Part shown: piece by piece, positions 53,801 through 64,000 of the stretch
Position numbering within the stretch: the first letter of the stretch is position 1
How the letters are laid out: every line of letters begins with the position of its first letter
Origin: Eledone cirrhosa
Taxonomy: Eukaryota
Length of the DNA: 64,000 nt
Direction: 5' to 3'
NCBI GenBank assembly: GCA_964016885.1
Contig: CAXHJY010001098.1
Coordinates: forward strand, 1 to 64,000
Notes under the pieces: model-generated
Seen by the model: only the letters and a program-made list of their open reading frames with translations
What the model was told of the DNA's origin: nothing
Database searches by the model: none
Made by a program: the position numbers and the translations under genes

Positions 53801-56800
53801 TGGAGATATCTTGCTGAAATTCACGCCGCACATAGCCAATGAGTGTCTGCACATGTACCAGTAATTACAGATCGATCCGACCACGGGCGGCCGGTCCGCG
53901 ATTGAAAAGGTAACTCCGCCGGCAAATCGTCATTTTTGGATTCGTTTTCTTCGAAGCACACCATTCGCCGGCGGACTTTGTTGACGTTTAACACGGTTTG
54001 GTTCCACAGCCACAACTATTGAATTCACGGAGATATCTTGCTGAAATTCACGCCACACATAGCCAATGAGTGTCTGCACATGTACCAGTAATTACAGATC
54101 GATCCGACCACGGGCGGCCGGCCCGCGATTAAAAAGGTAACTCCGCCGGCAAATCGTCATTTTTGGATTCGTTTTCTTCGAAGCACACCATTCGCCGGCG
54201 GACTTTGTTGACGTTTAACACGGTTTGGTTCCACAGCCACAACTATTGAATTTACGGAGATATCTTGCTGAAATTCACGCCACACATAGCCAATGAGTGT
54301 CTGCACATGTACCAGTAATTACAGATCGATCTGACCACGGGCGGCCGGCCCGCGATTGAAAAGGTAACTCCGCCGGCAAATCGTCATTTTTGGATTCGTT
54401 TTCTTCGAAGCACACCATTCGCCGGCGGACTTTGTTGACGTTTAACACGGTTTGGTTCCACAGCCACAACTATTGATTTTACGGAGATATCTTGCTGAAA
54501 TTCACGCCGCACATAGCCAATGAGTGTCTGCACATGTACCAGTAATTACAGATCGATCCGACCACGGGCGGCCGGCCCGCGATTGAAAAGGTAACTCCGC
54601 CGGCAAATCGTCATTTTTGGATTCGTTTTCTTCGAAGCACACCATTCGCCGGCGGACTTTGTTGACGTTTAACACGGTTTGGTTCCACAGCCACAACTAT
54701 TGATTTTACGGAGATATCTTGCTGAAATTCACGCCGCACATAGCCAATGAGTGTCTGCACATGTACCAGTAATTACAGATCGATCCGACCACGGGCGGCC
54801 GGCCCGCGATTGAAAAGGTAACTCCGCCGGCAAATCGTCATTTTTGGATTCGTTTTCTTCGAAGCACACCATTCGCCGGCGGACATTGTTGACGTTTAAC
54901 ACGGTTTGGTTCCACAGCCACAACTATTGATTTTACGGAGATATCTTGCTGAAATTCACGCCACACATAGCCAATGAGTGTCTGCACATGTACCAGTAAT
55001 TACAGATCGATCCGAGCACGGGCGGCCGGCCCGCGATTGAAAAGGTAACTCCGCCGGCAAATCGTCATTTTTGGATTCGTTTTCTTCGAAGCACACCATT
55101 CGCCGGCGGACATTGTTGACGTTTAACACGGTTTGGTTCCACAGCCACAACTATTGATTTTACGGAGATATCTTGCTGAAATTCACGCCACACATAGCCA
55201 ATGAGTGTCTGCACATGTACCAGTAATTACAGATCGATCCGACCACGGGCGGCCGGCCCGCGATTGAAAAGGTAACTCCGCCGGCAAATCGTCATTTTTG
55301 GATTCGTTTTCTTCGAAGCACACCATTCGCCGGCGGACTTTGTTGACGTTTAACACGGTTTGGTTCCACAGCCACAACTATTGAATTTACGGAGATATCT
55401 TGCTGAAATTCACGCCACACATAGCCAATGAGTGTCTGCACATGTACCAGTAATTACAGATCGATCCGACCACGGGCGGCCGGCCCGCGATTGAAAAGGT
55501 AACTCCGCCGGCAAATCGTCATTTTTGGATTCGTTTTCTTCGAAGCACACCATTCGCCGGCGGACTTTGTTGACGTTTAACACGGTTTGGTTCCACAGCC
55601 ACAACTATTGATTTTATGGAGATATCTTGCTGAAATTCACGCCGCACATAGCCAATGAGTGTCTGCACATGTACCAGTAATTACAGATCGATCCGACCAC
55701 GGGCGGCCGGTCCGCGATTGAAAAGGTAACTCCGCCGGCAAATCGTCATTTTTGGATTCGTTTTCTTCGAAGCACACCATTCGCCGGCGGACTTTGTTGA
55801 CGTTTAACACGGTTTGGTTCCACAGCCACAACTATTGAATTCACGGAGATATCTTGCTGAAATTCACGCCACACATAGCCAATGAGTGTCTGCACATGTA
55901 CCAGTAATTACAGATCGATCCGACCACGGGCGGCCGGCCCGCGATTGAAAAGGTAACTCCGCCGGCAAATCGTCATTTTTGGATTCGTTTTCTTCGAAGC
56001 ACACCATTCGCCGGCGGACTTTGTTGACGTTTAACACGGTTTGGTTCCACAGCCACAACTATTGATTTTACGGAGATATCTTGCTGAAATTCACGCCGCA
56101 CATAGCCAATGAGTGTCTGCACATGTACCAGTAATTACAGATCGATCTGACCACGGGCGGCCGGCCCGCGATTGAAAAGGTAACTCCGCCGGCAAATCGT
56201 CATTTTTGGATTCGTTTTCTTCGAAGCACACCATTCGCCGGCGGACTTTGTTGACGTTTAACACGGTTTGGTTCCACAGCCACAACTATTGATTTTACGG
56301 AGATATCTTGCTGAAATTCACGCCGCACATAGCCAATGAGTGTCTGCACATGTACCAGTAATTACAGATCTATCCGACCACGGGCGGCCGGCCCGCGATT
56401 GAAAAGGTAACTCCGCCGGCAAATCGTCATTTTTGGATTCGTTTTCTTCGAAGCACACCATTCGCCGGCGGACTTTGTTGACGTTTAACACGGTTTGGTT
56501 CCACAGCCACAACTATTGATTTTACGGAGATATCTTGCTGAAATTCACGCCGCACATAGCCAATGAGTGTCTGCACATGTACCAGTAATTACAGATCGAT
56601 CCGACCACGGGCGGCCGGTCCGCGATTGAAAAGGTAACTCCGCCGGCAAATCGTCATTTTTGGATTCGTTTTCTTCGAAGCACACCATTCGCCGGCGGAC
56701 TTTGTTGACGTTTAACACGGTTTGGTTCCACAGCCACAACTATTGAATTCACGGAGATATCTTGCTGAAATTCACGCCACACATAGCCAATGAGTGTCTG

Positions 56801-59473
56801 CACATGTACCAGTAATTACAGATCGATCCGACCACGGGCGGCCGGCCCGCGATTGAAAAGGTAACTCCGCCGGCAAATCGTCATTTTTGGATTCGTTTTC
56901 TTCGAAGCACACCATTCGCCGGCGGACTTTGTTGACGTTTAACACGGTTTGGTTCCACAGCCACAACTATTGATTTTACGGAGATATCTTGCTGAAATTC
57001 ACGCCACACATAGCCAATGAGTGTCTGCACATGTACCAGTAATTACAGATCGATCCGACCACGGGCGGCCGGCCCGCGATTGAAAAGGTAACTCCGCCGG
57101 CAAATCGTCATTTTTGGATTCGTTTTCTTCGAAGCACACCATTCGCCGGCGGACTTTGTTGACGTTTAACACGGTTTGGTTCCACAGCCACAACTATTGA
57201 TTTTACGGAGATATCTTGCTGAAATTCACGCCGCACATAGCCAATGAGTGTCTGCACATGTACCAGTAATTACAGATCGATCTGACCACGGGCGGCCGGC
57301 CCGCGATTGAAAAGGTAACTCCGCCGGCAAATCGTCATTTTTGGATTCGTTTTCTTCGAAGCACACCATTCGCCGGCGGACTTTGTTGACGTTTAACACG
57401 GTTTGGTTCCACAGCCACAACTATTGATTTTACGGAGATATCTTGCTGAAATTCACGCCGCACATAGCCAATGAGTGTCTGCACATGTACCAGTAATTAC
57501 AGATCTATCCGACCACGGGCGGCCGGCCCGCGATTGAAAAGGTAACTCCGCCGGCAAATCGTCATTTTTGGATTCGTTTTCTTCGAAGCACACCATTCGC
57601 CGGCGGACTTTGTTGACGTTTAACACGGTTTGGTTCCACAGCCACAACTATTGATTTTACGGAGATATCTTGCTGAAATTCACGCCGCACATAGCCAATG
57701 AGTGTCTGCACATGTACCAGTAATTACAGATCGATCCGACCACGGGCGGCCGGTCCGCGATTGAAAAGGTAACTCCGCCGGCAAATCGTCATTTTTGGAT
57801 TCGTTTTCTTCGAAGCACACCATTCGCCGGCGGACTTTGTTGACGTTTAACACGGTTTGGTTCCACAGCCACAACTATTGAATTCACGGAGATATCTTGC
57901 TGAAATTCACGCCACACATAGCCAATGAGTGTCTGCACATGTACCAGCAATTACAGATCGATCCGACCACGGGCGGCCGGCCCGCGATTGAAAAGGTAAC
58001 TCCGCCGGCAAATCGTCATTTTTGGATTCGTTTTCTTCGAAGCACACCATTCGCCGGCGGACTTTGTTGACGTTTAACACGGTTTGGTTCCACAGCCACA
58101 ACTATTGATTTTACGGAGATATCTTGCTGAAATTCACGCCGCACATAGCCAATGAGTGTCTGCACATGTACCAGTAATTACAGATCGATCCGACCACGGG
58201 CGGCCGGCCCGCGATTGAAAAGGTAACTCCGCCGGCAAATCGTCATTTTTGGATTCGTTTTCTTCGAAGCACACCATTCGCCGGCGGACTTTGTTGACGT
58301 TTAACACGGTTTGGTTCCACAGCCACAACTATTGATTTTACGGAGATATCTTGCTGAAATTCACGCCGCACATAGCCAATGGGTGTCTGCACATGTACCA
58401 GTAATTACAGATCGATCCGACCACGGGCGGCCGGCCCGCGATTGAAAAGGTAACTCCGCCGGCAAATCGTCATTTTTGGATTCGTTTTCTTCGAAGCACA
58501 CCATTCGCCGGCGGACTTTGTTGACGTTTAACACGGTTTGGTTCCACAGCCACAACTATTGAATTCACGGAGATATCTTGCTGAAATTCACGCCACACAT
58601 AGCCAATGAGTGTCTGCACATGTACCAGTAATTACAGATCGATCCGACCACGGGCGGCCGGCCCGCGATTGAAAAGGTAACTCCGCCGGCAAATCGTCAT
58701 TTTTGGATTCGTTTTCTTCGAAGCACACCATTCGCCGGCGGACTTTGTTGACGTTTAACACGGTTTGGTTCCACAGCCACAACTATTGATTTTACGGAGA
58801 TATCTTGCTGAAATTCACGCCGCACATAGCCAATGAGTGTCTGCACATGTACCAGTAATTACAGATCGATCCGACCACGGGCGGCCGGCCCGCGATTGAA
58901 AAGGTAACTCCGCCGGCAAATCGTCATTTTTGGATTCGTTTTCTTCGAAGCACACCATTTGCCGGCGGACTTTGTTGACGTTTAACACGGTTTGGTTCCA
59001 CAGCCACAACTATTGATTTTATGGAGATATCTTGCTGAAATTCACGCCGCACATAGCCAATGAGTGTCTGCACATGTACCAGTAATTACAGATCGATCCG
59101 ACCACGGGCGGCCGGTCCGCGATTGAAAAGGTAACTCCGCCGGCAAATCGTCATTTTTGGATTCGTTTTCTTCGAAGCACACCATTCGCCGGCGGACTTT
59201 GTTGACGTTTAACACGGTTTGGTTCCACAGCCACAACTATTGAATTCACGGAGATATCTTGCTGAAATTCACGCCACACATAGCCAATGAGTGTCTGCAC
59301 ATGTACCAGTAATTACAGATCGATCCGACCACGGGCGGCCGGCCCGCGATTGAAAAGGTAACTCCGCCGGCAAATCGTCATTTTTGGATTCGTTTTCTTC
59401 GAAGCACACCATTCGCCGGCGGACTTTGTTGACGTTTAACACGGTTTGGTTCCACAGCCACAACTATTGATTT
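45173..59473. repeat. Higher-order duplication with 33-monomer period (7491 bp)
   Basis: Markers recur at +7491: G106A 46640/54131, C83G (ORFs 47465/54956), T64C (50416/57907), C168T (51324/58815). Confidence 0.9.
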
Positions 59474-60835
59474 TACGGAGATATCTTGCTGAAATTCACG
59501 CCGCACATAGCCAATGAGTGTCTGCACATGTACCAGTAATTACAGATCGATCTGACCACGGGCGGCCGGCCCGCGATTGAAAAGGTAACTCCGCCGGCAA
59601 ATCGTCATTTTTGGATTCGTTTTCTTCGAAGCACACCATTCGCCGGCGGACTTTGTTGACGTTTAACACGGTTTGGTTCCACAGCCACAACTATTGATTT
59701 TACGGAGATATCTTGCTGAAATTCACGCCGCACATAGCCAATGAGTGTCTGCACATGTACCAGTAATTACAGATCTATCCGACCACGGGCGGCCGGCCCG
59801 CGATTGAAAAGGTAACTCCGCCGGCAAATCGTCATTTTTGGATTCGTTTTCTTCGAAGCACACCATTCGCCGGCGGACTTTGTTGACGTTTAACACGGTT
59901 TGGTTCCACAGCCACAACTATTGAATTCACGGAGATATCTTGCTGAAATTCACGCCACACATAGCCAATGAGTGTCTGCACATGTACCAGTAATTACAGA
60001 TCGATCCGACCACGGGCGGCCGGCCCGCGATTGAAAAGGTAACTCCGCCGGCAAATCGTCATTTTTGGATTCGTTTTCTTCGAAGCACACCATTCGCCGG
60101 CGGACTTTGTTGACGTTTAACACGGTTTGGTTCCACAGCCACAACTATTGATTTTACGGAGATATCTTGCTGAAATTCACGCCGCACATAGCCAATGAGT
60201 GTCTGCACATGTACCAGTAATTACAGATCGATCCGACCACGGGCGGCCGGCCCGCGATTGAAAAGGTAACTCCGCCGGCAAATCGTCATTTTTGGATTCG
60301 TTTTCTTCGAAGCACACCATTCGCCGGCGGACTTTGTTGACGTTTAACACGGTTTGGTTCCACAGCCACAACTATTGATTTTACGGAGATATCTTGCTGA
60401 AATTCACGCCGCACATAGCCAATGGGTGTCTGCACATGTACCAGTAATTACAGATCGATCCGACCACGGGCGGCCGGCCCGCGATTGAAAAGGTAACTCC
60501 GCCGGCAAATCGTCATTTTTGGATTCGTTTTCTTCGAAGCACACCATTCGCCGGCGGACATTGTTGACGTTTAACACGGTTTGGTTCCACAGCCACAACT
60601 ATTGATTTTACGGAGCTATCTTGCTGAAATTCACGCCACACATAGCCAATGAGTGTCTGCACATGTACCAGTAATTACAGATCGATCCGACCACGGGCGG
60701 CCGGCCCGCGATTGAAAAGGTAACTCCGCCGGCAAATCGTCATTTTTGGATTCGTTTTCTTCGAAGCACACCATTCGCCGGCGGACTTTGTTGACGTTTA
60801 ACACGGTTTGGTTCCACAGCCACAACTATTGATTT

Positions 60836-63800
60836 TACGGAGATATCTTGCTGAAATTCACGCCGCACATAGCCAATGAGTGTCTGCACATGTACCAGTA
60901 ATTACAGATCGATCCGACCACGGGCGGCCGGCCCGCGATTGAAAAGGTAACTCCGCCGGCAAATCGTCATTTTTGGATTCGTTTTCTTCGAAGCACACCA
61001 TTCGCCGGCGGACTTTGTTGACGTTTAACACGGTTTGGTTCCACAGCCACAACTATTGATTTTACGGAGATATCTTGCTGAAATTCACGCCGCACATAGC
61101 CAATGAGTGTCTGCACATGTACCAGTAATTACAGATCTATCCGACCACGGGCGGCCGGCCCGCGATTGAAAAGGTAACTCCGCCGGCAAATCGTCATTTT
61201 TGGATTCGTTTTCTTCGAAGCACACCATTCGCCGGCGGACTTTGTTGACGTTTAACACGGTTTGGTTCCACAGCCACAACTATTGATTTTACGGAGATAT
61301 CTTGCTGAAATTCACGCCGCACATAGCCAATGAGTGTCTGCACATGTACCAGTAATTACAGATCGATCCGACCACGGGCGGCCGGTCCGCGATTGAAAAG
61401 GTAACTCCGCCGGCAAATCGTCATTTTTGGATTCGTTTTCTTCGAAGCACACCATTCGCCGGCGGACTTTGTTGACGTTTAACACGGTTTGGTTCCACAG
61501 CCACAACTATTGAATTCACGGAGATATCTTGCTGAAATTCACGCCACACATAGCCAATGAGTGTCTGCACATGTACCAGTAATTACAGATCGATCCGACC
61601 ACGGGCGGCCGGCCCGCGATTGAAAAGGTAACTCCGCCGGCAAATCGTCATTTTTGGATTCGTTTTCTTCGAAGCACACCATTCGCCGGCGGACTTTGTT
61701 GACGTTTAACACGGTTTGGTTCCACAGCCACAACTATTGATTTTACGGAGATATCTTGCTGAAATTCACGCCGCACATAGCCAATGAGTGTCTGCACATG
61801 TACCAGTAATTACAGATCGATCCGACCACGGGCGGCCGGCCCGCGATTGAAAAGGTAACTCCGCCGGCAAATCGTCATTTTTGGATTCGTTTTCTTCGAA
61901 GCACACCATTCGCCGGCGGACTTTGTTGACGTTTAACACGGTTTGGTTCCACAGCCACAACTATTGATTTTACGGAGATATCTTGCTGAAATTCACGCCG
62001 CACATAGCCAATGGGTGTCTGCACATGTACCAGTAATTACAGATCGATCCGACCACGGGCGGCCGGCCCGCGATTGAAAAGGTAACTCCGCCGGCAAATC
62101 GTCATTTTTGGATTCGTTTTCTTCGAAGCACACCATTCGCCGGCGGACATTGTTGACGTTTAACACGGTTTGGTTCCACAGCCACAACTATTGATTTTAC
62201 GAAGATATCTTGCTGAAATTCACGCCGCACATAGCCAATGAGTGTCTGCACATGTACCAGTAATTACAAATCGATCCGACCACGGGCGGCCGGCCCGCGA
62301 TTGAAAAGGTAACTCCGCCGGCAAATCGTCATTTTTGGATTCGTTTTCTTCGAAGCACACCATTCGCCGGCGGACTTTGTTGACGTTTAACACGGTTTGG
62401 TTCCACAGCCACAACTATTGATTTTACGGAGATATCTTGCTGAAATTCACGCCGCACATAGCCAATGAGTGTCTGCACATGTACCAGTAATTACAGATCG
62501 ATCCGACCACGGGCGGCCGGCCCGCGATTGAAAAGGTAACTCCGCCGGCAAATCGTCATTTTTGGATTCGTTTTCTTCGAAGCACACCATTCGCCGGCGG
62601 ACTTTGTTGACGTTTAACACGGTTTGGTTCCACAGCCACAACTATTGATTTTACGGAGATATCTTGCTGAAATTCACGCCGCACATAGCCAATGAGTGTC
62701 TGCACATGTACCAGTAATTACAGATCTATCCGACCACGGGCGGCCGGCCCGCGATTGAAAAGGTAACTCCGCCGGCAAATCGTCATTTTTGGATTCGTTT
62801 TCTTCGAAGCACACCATTCGCCGGCGGACTTTGTTGACGTTTAACACGGTTTGGTTCCACAGCCACAACTATTGATTTTACGGAGATATCTTGCTGAAAT
62901 TCACGCCGCACATAGCCAATGAGTGTCTGCACATGTACCAGTAATTACAGATCGATCCGACCACGGGCGGCCGGTCCGCGATTGAAAAGGTAACTCCGCC
63001 GGCAAATCGTCATTTTTGGATTCGTTTTCTTCGAAGCACACCATTCGCCGGCGGACTTTGTTGACGTTTAACACGGTTTGGTTCCACAGCCACAACTATT
63101 GAATTCACGGAGATATCTTGCTGAAATTCACGCCACACATAGCCAATGAGTGTCTGCACATGTACCAGTAATTACAGATCGATCCGACCACGGGCGGCCG
63201 GCCCGCGATTGAAAAGGTAACTCCGCCGGCAAATCGTCATTTTTGGATTCGTTTTCTTCGAAGCACACCATTCGCCGGCGGACTTTGTTGACGTTTAACA
63301 CGGTTTGGTTCCACAGCCACAACTATTGATTTTACGGAGATATCTTGCTGAAATTCACGCCGCACATAGCCAATGAGTGTCTGCACATGTACCAGTAATT
63401 ACAGATCGATCCGACCACGGGCGGCCGGCCCGCGATTGAAAAGGTAACTCCGCCGGCAAATCGTCATTTTTGGATTCGTTTTCTTCGAAGCACACCATTC
63501 GCCGGCGGACTTTGTTGACGTTTAACACGGTTTGGTTCCACAGCCACAACTATTGATTTTACGGAGATATCTTGCTGAAATTCACGCCGCACATAGCCAA
63601 TGGGTGTCTGCACATGTACCAGTAATTACAGATCGATCCGACCACGGGCGGCCGGCCCGCGATTGAAAAGGTAACTCCGCCGGCAAATCGTCATTTTTGG
63701 ATTCGTTTTCTTCGAAGCACACCATTCGCCGGCGGACATTGTTGACGTTTAACACGGTTTGGTTCCACAGCCACAACTATTGATTTTACGAAGATATCTT

Positions 63801-64000
63801 GCTGAAATTCACGCCGCACATAGCCAATGAGTGTCTGCACATGTACCAGTAATTACAAATCGATCCGACCACGGGCGGCCGGCCCGCGATTGAAAAGGTA
63901 ACTCCGCCGGCAAATCGTCATTTTTGGATTCGTTTTCTTCGAAGCACACCATTCGCCGGCGGACTTTGTTGACGTTTAACACGGTTTGGTTCCACAGCCA
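60836..64000. repeat. Higher-order duplication: 7-monomer block (1589 bp) x2
   Basis: Units 269-275 and 276-282 both read consensus, G76T, C97T, G30A, consensus, A44G+T179A, G5A+G72A. Confidence 0.9.

Larger units (their letters stand above)
1..64000. repeat. Tandem satellite array, 227-bp monomer, about 282 head-to-tail copies, running off both window edges
   Basis: TACGGAGATATCTTGCTG... recurs every 227 bp. The ORF track steps by 227 or a multiple of it throughout, except one 226 step (8422->8648). No non-satellite sequence or strand switch seen. Confidence 0.99.

Noticed and set aside
23-63776. Repeated 64-aa minus-strand ORF (MWLWNQ...LCAA) as a tandem small-protein gene array
   Set aside because: It starts at TTG rather than ATG and resembles no protein family I recognise. 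Missense variants are common, and a nonsense allele (G106A, CAA->TAA) has been amplified to six copies (21216, 24394, 28480, 37560, 46640, 54131). An open frame of this length is unremarkable at 49% GC. Ribo-seq or proteomics would be needed to revive it.
1-64000. CRISPR array or other repeat-spacer system
   Set aside because: There are no unique spacers. The whole 227-bp unit is repeated and no cas or other gene is present.
1-64000. Technical concatemer (rolling-circle or PCR artefact) or synthetic restriction-site array
   Set aside because: Variants are inherited in nested, ordered blocks with private SNPs, as expected from evolutionary duplication rather than copying one template with random errors. 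Local mis-assembly of individual blocks cannot be excluded.
1-64000. Information encoded in the G/A pattern at monomer position 30 (the CAA/CVA alternation in the ORF track)
   Set aside because: The pattern has no fixed period and is accounted for by a CpG transition propagated through the block duplications listed above.

Overview
The whole 64 kb window is one uninterrupted head-to-tail tandem array of a 227-bp monomer (about 282 copies, all in the same orientation, about 49% GC, 20 CpG per monomer by hand count). Copies differ from the consensus at only about 0-3 positions, and I see a single indel (1 bp, near 8624-8626). This is the pattern of a young, homogenised eukaryotic satellite. A centromeric or heterochromatic location is plausible but cannot be shown from sequence, and I cannot name the family or organism. 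I can support no protein gene, rRNA, tRNA, transposon or CRISPR array. The repeated 64-aa minus-strand ORF is best explained as an incidental frame. The information in the window is at two scales. First, SNP haplotypes record nested tandem duplications of 3, 4, 6, 7, 11, 14, 14, 33 and 40 monomers, and two variant domains meeting near 29 kb. Second, the monomer itself is rich in dyad symmetries, and one half (about positions 107-223) is nearly invariant. That half carries a 13-bp inverted repeat and splice-donor, Sm-site-like, branch-point and acceptor-like motifs. Monomer positions below use the register of the first copy (window 1-227). Unit n starts at 1+227(n-1) for n<=38 and at 227(n-1) afterwards. 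All variant calls were made by eye, helped by the ORF track.
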